A stretch of 64,000 nucleotides of DNA from Scyliorhinus canicula (Eukaryota), in contig NC_052154.1 in NCBI RefSeq assembly GCF_902713615.1, positions 37,128,322 through 37,192,321 of the forward strand, written 5' to 3'. The notes under the pieces were generated by a model. That model was not told the origin of the DNA. It saw only the letters and a program-made list of their open reading frames with translations, and made no database searches. Below, piece by piece: positions 22,101-33,962 of this stretch. Each line of letters starts with the position of its first letter. The first letter of the stretch is position 1. The position numbers were made by a program, and so were the translations under genes.

Positions 22101-24072
22101 GGGAGGGAGGAGGAGAGACAGACCCGGCATTTGGGGGGGGGGGGGGGGGGGGGGGAGGGGGGGGGGGGAGGAGGAGGAGGAGAGAGACAGACCGGCATTT
22201 GGGGGGGGGGGGGGGTTGCGGTGTTGAGTTGAGAGAGGGGGGGGCGGCGTTGGAGGGGGGTAGGGGTGGTGAATGGGGTAGGGGTGGTGAGGGGGGGGGT
22301 GGGGTAGGGGCAGCGGCGTGCAGAGGAGGGGGACGACGGATGCCCGGGGCCAACGCACCGTCGCCCCCCCTCTGCACGCCGCTGCCCCTACCCCAACCCC
22401 CCCCCCTCACCACCCCTACCCCCTTCACCACCCCTACCCCACTCCAACGCCGCACCCCCCCCTCACTAACGCCGCACCCCCCCCCTAACGGAGGAAGGAA
22501 GGAAGGGGGGGAGGAGGAAGGAAGGGGGGGAGGAGGAAGGAAGGGGGGGGAGGAGGAAGGAAGGGGGGAGGAGGAAGGAAGGGGGGAGGAGGAAGGAAGG
22601 GGGGGGAGCAGGAAGGAAGGGGGGGAGGAGGAAGGAAGGGGGGAGGAGGAAGGAAGGGGGGGGAGGAGGAGAGAGGGGGGGGGGTGTGTGGGTACCGGCC
22701 TTCAGAGGGAGGGGGACGGGGTGTGGGTACCGGCGTTGAGAGGAGGGGGGACCCGGCGTTGAGAGGAGGGGGGACCCGGCGTTGAGAGGAGGGGGGACCC
22801 GGCGTTGAGAGGGGGGGGACCCGGCGTTGAGAGGGGGGGGACCCGGTGTTGAGAGGGGGACGACCCGGCGTTGAGAGGGGGACGACCCGGCGTTGAGAGG
22901 GGGACGACCCGGCGTTGAGAGGGGGACGACCCGGCGTTGAGGGGGGGGGACCCGGCGTTGAGAGGGGGGGGACCCGGCGTTGAGAGGTGGGGGACCCGGC
23001 GTTGAGAGGGGGGGGGACCCGGCGTTGAGATGGGGGGGACCCGGCATTGAGGTGGGGGGGTTGCGGCGATGAGGGGGGGTTGCGGCGATGAGGGGGGGGG
23101 GGGGTTGCGGCGTTGCGAGAGATGGGGGGCAGCGTTGGAGGGGGGTAGGGGCGGCGTTGGAGGGGGGTAGGGGCGGCGTTGGAGGGGGGTAGGGGTGGTG
23201 GGGAGGGGGGTAGGGGTGGTGGGGAGGGGGGTAGGGGTGGTGGGGAGGGGGGGTAGGGGTGGTGGGGAGGGGGGTAGGGGTGGTGGGGAGGGGGGTAGGG
23301 GTGGTGGGGAGGGGGGTAGGGGTGGTGGGGAGGGGGGTAGGGGTGGTGGGGAGGGGGGTAGGGGTGGTGGGGAGGGGGGTAGGGGTGGTGGGGAGGGGGC
23401 AGCGGCGTACAGAGGGGGGGGGCGACGGTGCGTTGGCCCCGGGCATCCGTCGCCCCCCCTCTCTGCACGCCGCCGCCCCCAAACCCCCCCCCGATGCCGC
23501 AACCCACCCCCCCCGATGCCGCAACCCACCCCCCCCGATGGCCGCAACCCCCCCCGATGCCGCAACCCCCCCCCCCCGATGCCGCAACCCCCCCATGCCG
23601 CAACCCACCCCCGATGCCGCAACCCCCCCCCGATGCCGCAACCCACCCCCATGCCGCAACCCACCCCCGATGCCGCAACCCCCCCCCCGCTGCCGCAACC
23701 CACCCCCGATGCCGCAACCCCCCCCCCCCCGATGCCGCAACCCACCCCCCCCCGATGCCGCAACCCACCCCCCCCCCGACACTGAACGGCGTCAATCATC
23801 ATCAATGGTTGACGCCGTTTTAAAGCAACTGTGATTTTCGCCGACGTGACCCGTGGCCACGTCGGCGGGACTTCGGCCCATCCGGGCCGGAGATTTGTGG
23901 AAACTAAAAAAAAAATGAAATCCCGCCGGCGCCAGCTGTTTTCAGAGGCTGCCGGTGGGATTTGCACAGCGCCGGTTTTTGGCCGGTCAGAGAATTAAAA
24001 ACCCTGCGGGAGCGGGATTAACGCCGCTGCCGGCGATTCTCCGACCCTGCGTGGGGTCGGAGAATTTCGCCC
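21628..24072. mobile_element. Non-autonomous Harbinger-type element with expanded internal G/C-rich tandem arrays
   Basis: Perfect 13-bp TIRs gggcgaaattctc (21628-21640) / gagaatttcgccc (24060-24072); TSD ATG at 21625-21627 and 24073-24075; CpG-rich subterminal regions. Confidence 0.9.
21809..23778. repeat. Compound minisatellite: (Gn-aggagagagacagaccggcattt)n, (ggaggaaggaagg)n, (gacccggcgttgagagg)n, (ggggtagggtggtggggag)n, (cccgatgccgcaacc)n
   Basis: Directly visible blocks; they produce the spurious Pro/Gly ORFs. Confidence 0.92.
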
Positions 24073-24898
24073 ATGATATCCAGGTTATTTAATACCAAGC
24101 AGTGTGGCCTGATAAGCACTTTTTAGATCGGTGTGAGTGACCTGCTAGTTATTTGATTCCTTCAAAACTAAACTTCAAAACTTTGTTAGATTATTGATAT
24201 GGATACTTTATTACTAAAATGAGTGCAAGAGGTTAAAAACTATGGTCAACGTAGAAAATGCCTTGTCAAAAACACATTAGTGTTGTTTAGAAAGACTTAA
24301 TTTTGATGAAGCACGATAATGGTATGAGTGTGAGATTTTATAGGATGGTTATGACTTAAACTCTATCTTAATTGAAGGTTAAAATATAATAGAGAGGGGC
24401 AATATGGTCTACTAGTTCTGCCCTAAGCCTCTATGACCTGCATTCCTCGGGGAACACAGACTCAAGTCAAATCTTATTGAAATCCAAGAGCCAACATAAA
24501 GGAAAGGGCAGCTTTTCTTGCTGCATGCATACCTACTGCCTCAGAGACCCTGGGCACAGACAGGGAGGAAGAGAGCGAGCGAGAGCAAGAGAGTGTCAGT
24601 GAGAGCAACAGGGAAACGGTAGCTTCTGTTAACAGCGAGTCTGTTAGCTGGGCAGAATTATGATGGGAACTTGTTATCTGGTCAAAGGAACGAGTATCAG
24701 CTGAAATTTAAGGACACTGGAAGATTGACTCTGGCGCGGCTGGGAGAAAGAGAGTCAGGATTGGACCTTGCTGTTGGAGGTCATTGTGTCGATTCTCAGA
24801 AGACTTGAGGGAAATTACTTTTGATTGAGTGGACATTATGACTCAGCGAAAGAGAGAGAAGCGAGTCTGTTTGAAGCTGAGAAAATTCTTGGACTCGT

Positions 24899-25244
24899 TC
24901 ATAGAACATAGAACAGTACAGCACAGAATAGGCCCTTCGGCCCTCGATGTTGTGCCGAGCCATGATCACCCTACTCAAACCCACGTATCCACCCTATACC
25001 CGTAACCCAACACCCCCCCCCCCCCAACCTTAACGTTTAGGACACTACGGGCAATTTAGCATGGCCAATCCACCTAACCCGCACATCTTTGGACTGTGGG
25101 AGGAAACCGGAGCACCCGGAGGAAACCCACGCACACACGGGGAGGACGTGCAGACTCCGCACAGACAGTGACCCAGCCAGGAATCGAACCTGGGACCCTG
25201 GAGCTGTGAAGCATTTATGCTAACCACCATGCTACCATGCTGCC
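24899..25244 (-). mobile_element. Young HE1-like SINE
   Basis: Reverse complement of 21228-21578. Confidence 0.92.
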
Positions 25245-25560
25245 TAATGGAAGAGGGTTTGTGGCGTGAGGTGCTGCGAAGGGCGAGGCTGGGGCTGATA
25301 CAATTGAAGATTGTGTACAGGACGCACCTCACCAAAGCAAGGATCAGCCAGCTCTTTGAGGTGGTGGAGGATGTCTGTGAGAGCTGCGGGAGGGACCCCG
25401 CAAACCATATACATGTGTTTTGGTCCTGCCCGAAGCTGGAAAGATATTGGAGGAAGGTATTTAACATGATTTTGAGGGTGCTGCAAGTGTACTTGGTTTC
25501 GGGTCCCCTAGAATCTATTTTCGGAGTCCATCCGAGAGAGGCATTGAACATAGCCATTTG
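25245..25560 (+). mobile_element. L1-clade ORF2 C-terminal fragment
   Basis: LIQLKIVYRTHLT..CESC..HIHVFWSCPKL, parallel to 20388-20909. Confidence 0.85.
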
Positions 25561-27167
25561 CTCATTCTTTCCCTTTCAGAAGAGGATATTCTGCTTCTCC
25601 ACACAACCCATTTTAATTAGCAGGCTAACTCAGGCTCTTAAAAAATCCTTAACTGACAAGAACATCATGTGACAGAGGCTGCACAGGGACCTCAAATCAT
25701 GGGGAAGACTTCCTCCCCACATCTAAAACTGCAATGAAACTCATTTTCTTTTATAATGAGCAGTTGCTCAGCAATGCCAGTTTTATACTTGGACAGCAAG
25801 TTAAAAATACACTCCATCTCTTGTTCACACAATATCAGAAATAATATTTTGTATAAAATCACCCCAAAAATCACGATTACACTGAAAACACAGTCGCTTT
25901 TTAAAATATTATTTATTTTCTTATATGGGCCTTAAAATTATGGCATGTTTTACAAATATTGAAAATATTTAATGCATATATGAGAAATTGCGTCTTCTGC
26001 TGTTAATTTTAAAATAAACAGATTAGTACCGTAAATAAAATAGTGATGGAATAAATGCAGAAAGTGATACATTCAGAGGCTAGCTTCCCAGTGTGGTGTC
26101 CTGAACTGGAGAATAGGCCACTAAATCAGACATATAGAACTGTATTGTGCTGTTGTTTTGCCTTGGACCTGCATTCACCAACATACTCATTTTTCGGCAG
26201 AAAAAAAGCTGTAAAAGAAACTAGCAGTTCAGGCTCTGAAAAAATGCTGAATATTAAGAAACGGTGACCAATTTCAGAACTCACAGGCTGGAAACCTATG
26301 AATCTTAACTGTTCATGCATTTTTATCCACAGGTGCACTTTTAGGACCGTAGAAGCTCAGATGGGTCATTATGACGAAGTACTGGTCATTGAGTATGTGG
26401 GTACAAACAATCCGTCTATAGTGAGCTATCAGTGACAAATATCATCAATGTCTTCAAATTTTACACCACAGAGTTCCTGCCAGCAGCACATGGAAACATC
26501 AAAGAAGTCAGTCACTTTGTTGTCTGTAACTAAATAAATTAGAGAGAGTTACAGTGTCCAATTTGTCTCCCAGCCTGAGAGTTATGAAACTGCTAGTTTC
26601 TTTTGCAGCTTTGTGTCTGCCAATAAATTAGTATATTCAACTTGCATAACTGACATTTTCCGCAGCATAAAAGAACAGATATTACAGATTCAGGAGCTTC
26701 CCATAGATATTGGCCTCTAACTTCCTCAGAATGGCAATTTCTGGTGGATTGCAATGCTGGAAGGACTTACCCTCACTGAGATTCCAAAGCCCATGTTCTC
26801 GCCCAACCTTCCTCTCTCAGGCTTGGTGAGACAGAAACAGCGAAAGCTGCATTGGTATGGAGTTAACTGGGGCACAGGGAAGAACTAGTTGCAGTAAAGA
26901 GGGTGATTAAGGGACAATTAAAAGGGAGCAAACAAGTTTCGAAGGAAGAGCGGGAAAGAGAGTGAGAGACAGACAGACAGTGAGAGCGTGCATGAGGGGG
27001 GGGGGGGGGGGTGGATGGAGTGGAGACTAGGCGGGAGGAACCATGAGGTGGGGTTGACGGGAGGGGTGGGGGTGACTGGGAGAGGGGGTGGGGCTGTTGA
27101 TCCAGAGGGAGAAATCAGTCAGATCGGACAGAAATGGGGTGCTCTGTTGGGAGTCAGGCCAGAGGTG

Positions 27168-27199
<32 letters not shown>

Positions 27200-27503
27200 G
27201 AGGAAGAGACAGACGCTGCTGGGAGTTGTGTGGGGTGTCCCATGAAAGATGCAAGATTCCGTCTGGGTGTTTAAATAGTTACTGTGGAGGGAAGTTCGAA
27301 CGGATTTTCAGTGGCGGTATTATAATCGATGAGGTTTAACCAAAGCGCAATTATTGCTTATTGAAACTCTCAGAGTAACTATCAAAGTAAAACTGCACAA
27401 CCATCCAAAGCTAGTGACTTGAATCGCTTCTGTTGGATGGTTCCCAGCCCAGTGCAATTGTCCAGGAGAAGTTAGCATTCTGAACAATTGCCAGATAAAC
27501 AGG

Positions 27504-28277
27504 GCTGCTGAAGTGTTCCCCGACTGGAAGGGAACATTCCTGCCTAGTGATTGTCGCGCGATGTCCGTTGATTCGTTGTCGCAGCGTCTGCATGGTCTCG
27601 CCAACGTACCGCGCTTCGGGACATCCTTTCCTGCAGCATATGAGGTAGACAACATTGGCCGAGTCACACGAGCATGTACCGCATACCTGGTGGGTGGTGT
27701 TCTCACGTGTAATGGTGGTATCCATGTCAATGATCTGGCACGTCTTGCAGAGATTGCCATGGCAGGGTTATGTGGTGTAGTGGTCGCTGTTCTGACGGCT
27801 GGGTAGTTTTCAGTGTTCCAGTTGGGGACACTTCAGCAGTCAAGGGCATTCAGCCTCTGATCTCCGGGTAAGCGTTCTCCAAGGCGGCCTTCAGGACGCG
27901 CGACAACGCAGAATCGCCGAGCAGAAACTTATAGCAAGTTCCTCAACCGGGACTCGGGATTCATGTCGCATTACATTCATCCCCCACCATCTTGCCTGGG
28001 CTTGTGAAATCCTACCAACTGCCCTGGTTTGAGACAATTCACACCTATTTAACCTGGGGTTACCCCTATCTCTGGATCTGTAAAGACTTAATTACCTGCA
28101 AATGCTCGCATTCTGAATTTGTCTATATATATGTTTCTGGAACATACCTCTTCATTCACCTGAAGAAGGAGCAGTGCTCCAAAAGCTAGTATTTGAAACA
28201 AACATGTTGGACTTTAACCTGGTGTTGAAAGACTTCTTACTGTGCTCGCCCTAGTCCAACACCGGCATCTCCACATC
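27504..28277. mobile_element. Penelope-like element (GIY-YIG endonuclease) with inverted 5' part
   Basis: 27504-27810 minus: CDSANVVYLICCRKGCPEARYVGETMQTLRQRINGHR..LPVGEHFSS. 27816-28277 plus continues (PVG)HFSSQGHSASDLRVSVLQGG..RRIAEQKLI..LNRD and the 3' repeat. Confidence 0.88.
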
Positions 28278-28544
28278 AGAATACCTGTGGTATTTTCTGT
28301 CCACATATAACTATATTTTCCAACTCAAATACCATGTGCAAAGATAACAAAAAATCTAACAGTGCAGGATTTGACAAAATTAAAAATGCATAAAATGAAA
28401 TTAATTCTATTAACCAGAAAACACAAAGAAAAAACTTATTTGATGAACATTGTACATACTTTAAGAGGACTGCTTGAGCATTCCAGGCCATCTGATGTGC
28501 CCATATAAAAAGTGTGCAACATGTTTAACTATATACAAAAATAA

Positions 28545-29452
28545 ATCCAACCATTTCCTCATGATATTCAATGGCATTACGGTCAATTAATCACTCATTA
28601 TCTACATCCTGGGGGTCACAGTTGACCAGACACTGAACTGGACTAGCCATATAACTACTGTGGCAGAATGCTACAGAATAACCCACCTCCTGAATCCCCA
28701 AAACTTGTCCAAGGCACAAGTCAGGAGTGTGCTGGAAGACTCTCAAATTGTCTGGATGAGTGCAGCTCCAAAAAGATTCAAGAAGCTCAACACCACCCAG
28801 GACAAAACAGCCTTCTTGATCCATCACCTTAAACACTCACTCCCTCAGGCAGCATTGTGGTGCAGTGGTTAGCACTGCTGTCTCACAGTGCCAAGGTCCC
28901 AGGTTCAATCCCGGCTCTGGGTCACTGTCTGTGTGGAGTTTGCACATTCTCCCCGTGTTTGCATGGGTTTCGTCCCCACAAACCAAGATGTGCAGGGTAG
29001 GTGGATTGGCCACGTTAAATTGCTCCTTAATTGGAAAAAATGAATTGGGTACTCTAAATTTATTTTTAAAAATTTCACTCCCTCCAACATTGATAGCGTG
29101 GCAGCAGTGCGTATGATCTACAATCTGCACTGCAGCAACTCACCAAAATATCTTTAACGACACCGTCCAAATTTGCGACCTCTACCACCGAGAAGGACAG
29201 TGGCAGCAGAATCATGAGAACCTATACGACCCCCTCCAAACCACACAGCATTCTGACCTGGAACTATATCACCATTGCTTCACTGTCGCTGGACCAAAAT
29301 CCTGGAAATCCCTTCCTAACAGCACAACGGGTATATACCACATGGATTACAACATTTAAAGGCACAGTTCACCACCGCCTTCTCGAGGGCAATTCAGGAT
29401 GCACAATAAATGCCAGCCCCGCCATCAACGCCCACATTCTGTGAAAGAATAA
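28545..29452 (+). mobile_element. CR1/L2-group LINE 3' fragment carrying a SINE (28848-29072)
   Basis: Homologous to 37390-38100 (opposite strand); SINE flanked by tcactccctc TSD. Confidence 0.8.
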
Positions 29453-31972
29453 ATTGTAGTAAAAATGGGGCGTAGTCATCCTACTTCACAAGTTCAAAAG
29501 TTACAAGTCTTTTAGTCCAGATGTATTCTGCTCAAATTTAATTTTTCTTTGGAGAATATCTACTGGTAAAGTAGATAGTTAAGAGCTAAATAAGATCAAG
29601 ACTTGATATATGAAATAATCATATTCTGTCTCAAACTCTGTGTGGTAGGGCAGCCACAGCCAATGGATCCTCGTGTTGTTAATTATCAAGGAAGAGATAA
29701 GTCAACTTTGCCAAAACATGAATCATACCTACTCAATATACAATTACCGTGTTACAGTACTGCCCTCTAATGAACTACAGAATAAAAACAAATCCTGAAA
29801 CACGTAGTTTCCCCACTATAAAATATAAGATACCTTTAAATATTTCAGTCAATATCCAATTTTACTTGGCTACTATCCAAACAAAATTAATTCTTAATTA
29901 ATACACTGGGGTAAGTTCATCAATCCTGCACATTCGATGGGTATCACACTAAAATAAAACACATCGGAAAATTGCCAAAACAGGGCAATTATTTGTCAAA
30001 AGCTTCATGCTTAGGAGGATTCTCCTCTATTAGAAAAATTATCAGTCCATCTGCACTAATCATAAAATGCAAATGAAAGTAACAGATTGGTAGATGATCA
30101 TGTGAAATTAATTGTATACTGGTGCAATTGTATAATTAATTCAATTAAAAACAGCAATTCATTAACTTATCTTTTTCCAGTTTGAGAATGAGGGATGTGG
30201 ATGTGGGAGATTGACTGTTCAGTTAGGTATTGTGAAAATGATGATTTAATTGTTATATTAAAAATCAAAACGTTAATTGCTGCTTTTAAAATGAAAGACG
30301 CTGCGCTTTTTCTTTGCAATTTCCTCAATGCTGGTCGCTTTGAATCCCAGTGGTGTATACTGGAAGTGGAAATTCTACTGAGGGTTCACATCCCCAATAT
30401 ACAGCAACATTCTGCACCATTTACACTGGTTTGCTGTGTGTATAGTTGTCTGGCACATCAAACACTGACCTTGGGAGGAGCACAATGGGAGGTGGAAACA
30501 ACAAGCAGGACAAAAGAATGGGTTGAGGGGTGCTTTGTGTCAGCCAGCATTTACAGGCTGTCTAGACCCTCAAAATGTTGGCAGCAATTTGAAATCTTGA
30601 TAATTGTCATGCATGAATGACCATATATACTCCCGAATAATGGTTGATCTCGCGCAAAAGTCAATCCTTGAGTTTTGGCCAGAAGACCATTCACTTTTCT
30701 GATGTATATGTGCACAAGTTAACTCTTGACCTGAAAAATCCAAACTCCTGGTGGATTTAACCACCTACTCACTGATTGAGTCAAACTTGTCCTGATGGAA
30801 ACCTATTCATTAATAGGATTATAGAATAGCACTTGACTAGAGGTGGCTGTTCAGCTCCTCATAAATGCGCACATCAACATTTGATTCAAGGATATCTCTT
30901 TGCTGATAGGCACTGCGTTTCTGCCAAAACTGCCCTCTAATATGGTAATATTGTATCAACAAGAAATAGCAGATACACAGCCGGGTAAAATCATTTAGAT
31001 TGCACAGAAGGCAAATAATTCTCAGCAGCAGCTATAAAGTTCAACATATCGGAGAAGAACGTTAGAGATTGGAGGAATTTCTCCATGGGTTAGTCAGACG
31101 GCTCAGAATATTGGTGCAAACAGAGGAAAATCTAGCATGTGGTTACATTGGGAAATGAAGCTGCAAAATACAATGACAATCGCCAGAATGAACTCTTAGT
31201 TTCTCAAAGATCTAACTGAATCTTGGCCCTGAAGCAAGCAAGAAAATTAGACATTGCAGATTTCAAAATCACCCTGGATGGCCCAGCAGATTTACAAAGG
31301 GAAACAATTTTGTATTGTGGCAGAAGACCAAGACATCATAACATCTCCCAACAGAACTTGATGATGGGTTACTGTATTTCAGTGGATTTATAATCAAACA
31401 TCAGCAAACGAATGAATGCAGATTAGCCTTGGGATTGGGAAAGATTGGGAACATGGATTTTGACATGCGAGCCAGTCAAATGGTGAGCCAGTCAAATGGT
31501 GAGCAAAGTTGCAGAGAAAAGAGTGTGAGTGAAGATAACCTGCCATGTAAAAGAGTAATATTCAACATTCTTTTGCAGATATATTCACGGCGTTCAAAGG
31601 GCATCTCGACAAATACATTGACAGGATAAGTATAGAGGGATACAATATTAGGAAGTGCTGAGGGTTTTAGCCAAGGGTTGTATTATGACTGGTACAGGCT
31701 TGGAGGTCCGAAGGGCCTGTTCCTTTGCTGTATTGTTCTGCTGTTATGCATGTCTGATGGGAGAAAGCTTAAGCCAATGGTGATATTTGGGAGAAAAAGC
31801 CTCCTAAAACATCAATTCCCAAAAGTAGTCACCCAAATTCATGGTAAAGGACGGCTGGATGAAGGTGGCTTGAAAATATGGCTAAGGAAAGTTTGGAGAT
31901 TCGGACCAGGAGTGTCACAGAAAAAAATGTATTATCCCTAACAGCACCGTTGCTGTACCTACACTACATGGA

Positions 31973-32205
31973 CGAAAGGGAAAACGCTGGAAAATCTCAG
32001 CAACTCTGGCAGCATTTGTAGGGAGAGAAAAAAGCTAACGTTTGGAGTCCAATGACTCCTTGTCAAAGCTGAGCTTTGACAAAGAGTCATCGGACTCGAA
32101 ACGTTAGCTCTTTTCTCTCCCTACAGATGCTGCCAGACATGCTGAGATTTTCCAGCATTTTCCCTTTCGTTTCAGATTCCAGCATCCGCAGTAATTTCCT
32201 TTTCT
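31973..32205. repeat. Palindromic Penelope-type terminal repeat insertion
   Basis: Inverted arms 31973-32070 and 32072-32169; 15-bp TSD ctacactacatggac at 31959-31973 and 32217-32231. Confidence 0.8.
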
Positions 32206-32324
32206 CCAGTTTTTTTCTACACTACATGGACTGCAGCAGTTCAAAAAGGCAGTTCACCACCAACTTGTGATGGGAAATAAATGCTGGCCTAGCCATCCAT
32301 TGAATGAATATAAAACTGGGACAT

Positions 32325-33365
32325 AATAAAATAGAAAATACAGCACAAAACAGGCCCTTCAGCCCACGATGTTGTGCCAAACCTTTGTCCCAGATTAATC
32401 ATAGATTATCATAGAATCTACAGTGCAGAAGGAGGCCACCTGGCCCACCGAGCCCGCACCGGCCCCCGGAAAGAGCACCCCACCAAACGACAACACCTCC
32501 ACCCCATCCCCACAACTCAGTAACCCCACCCAACACTAAGGGCAATTTTGGACAGCAAGGGCACTCTATCATGGCCAATCCACCTAACCTGCAGTCCAAA
32601 GATGTGCGGGTTAGGTGGATTGGCCATGCTAAATTGCCCGTAGTGTCCTAAAAAAGTAAGGTTAAGGGGGAGCGTTGTTGGGTTACGGGTATAGGGTGGA
32701 TACGTGGGTTTGGGTAGGGTGATCATGGCTCGGCACAACATCGAGGGCCGAAGGGCCTGTTCTGTGCTGTACTATTCTATGTTCTATGTTCTATCTTTGT
32801 ACTGTGGGAGGAAACCGGAGCACCCGGAGGAAACTCACGCATACACGGGGAGGATGTGCAGATTCTGCACAGACAGTGACCCAAGCCGGAATCGAACCTG
32901 GGACCCTGGAGCTGTGAAGCAATTGTGCTATCCACAATGCTACCATGCTGCCCTTAATAACAAATTAATCTACACTCCATCATTCTACCGTAATCCATGT
33001 ACCTATCCAATAGCCGCTTGAAGGTCCCTAATGTTTCCGACTCAACTACTTCCACAGGCAGTGCATTCCATGCCCCCACTACTCTCTGGGTAAAGAACCT
33101 ACCTCTGACATCCCCCCTACATCTTCCACCATTCACCTTAAATTTATGTCCCCTTGTAATGGTTTGTTCCACTCGGAGAAAAAGTCTCTGTCTTCTCTTA
33201 TCTATTCCTCTGATCATCTTATAAACCTCTATCAAGTCGCCCCTGGTCCTTCTCCATTCTAATGAGAAAAGGCAGACCCCGTAAGACCTACTCTCCATTC
33301 CAGGCAACATCCTGGTAAATCTCCTTTGGACCTTTTCCAAAGCTTCCACATCCTTCCTAAAATGA
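32325..33365 (-). mobile_element. CR1 3' fragment with nested SINEs (32398-32953 minus, containing 32592-32793 plus)
   Basis: ORF 32954-33349 (ALEKVQRRFTRMLPG..TRGHKFKV..RVVGAWNALP); SINE flanked by attaatc. Confidence 0.88.
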
Positions 33366-33503
33366 TGGTCAGATCACATCTTGTCGATGTAGTTGTTGCT
33401 GATGTTAGGTCCATAACAACGATCCCGAGTGGCCTGACCAGCCTTAATCCCTTCAAGGATAGCATGAGGAAAAGTGGAATTACTTAATGATCGGAAGTTG
33501 AAT

Positions 33504-33729
33504 TGGGTGGCATGGTGGCGAAGCGGTTAGCACTGCTGCCTTACAATGCCGAAGGCCCAGGGTCGATCCCGGCCCCAGGTCACTATCCATGTGGAGTTTG
33601 CACATTCTCCACGTGTCTGCGTGGTCTTACCCCCACAACCCAAAAGATGTGTAGGGTAGGTGAACTGGTCACGCTAAATTGCTCCTTAATTGGAAAAAAA
33701 AGAATTGGATACTCAAAATTAAAAAAAAA
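33504..33729 (+). mobile_element. SINE in the pogo transposase
   Basis: TSD tactt(a/t)atgatcggaag at 33481-33497 and 33730-33746. Confidence 0.88.
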
Positions 33730-33787
33730 TACTTTATGATCGGAAGAAAGAAGGCATTCACCAAGGGAGGCATACAGGCTCCAACAT

Positions 33788-33962
33788 AAATGAAATGAAA
33801 TGAAAATCGCTTATTGTCACGAGTAGGCTTCAATGAAGTTACTGTGAAAAGCCCCTAGTCGCCACATTCCAGCGCCTGTCCGGGAGGCTGGTACGGGAAT
33901 CGAACCGTGCTGCTGGCCTGCTTTAAAAACTAGCGAGTTAGCCAGTGAGCTAAACCAGCCCC
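33788..33962 (-). mobile_element. Short tRNA SINE with (TTTCA)n tail
   Basis: Near-identical to 2537-2707. Confidence 0.85.

Noticed and set aside
21569-23967. Long Pro/Gly-rich ORFs (up to 438 aa) resembling extensin, collagen or formin
   Set aside because: Open in nearly all six frames because the G/C tandem arrays lack stop codons; they lie inside a TIR element.
26333-26400. Plus-strand exon-like segment (ccacag|..CTFRTVEAQMGHYDEVLVIEYV)
   Set aside because: No recognisable protein and no partner exons; antisense to BANP.
28460-28500. Possible minus-strand BANP exon (DGLECSSSPLK followed by gtatgt)
   Set aside because: No convincing match to the remaining BANP C-terminus and a weak acceptor.
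30645-30660. BANP autoregulatory motif (TCTCGCGAGA-like)
   Set aside because: Only a partial match (tctcgcgcaa), inside a pogo terminus.
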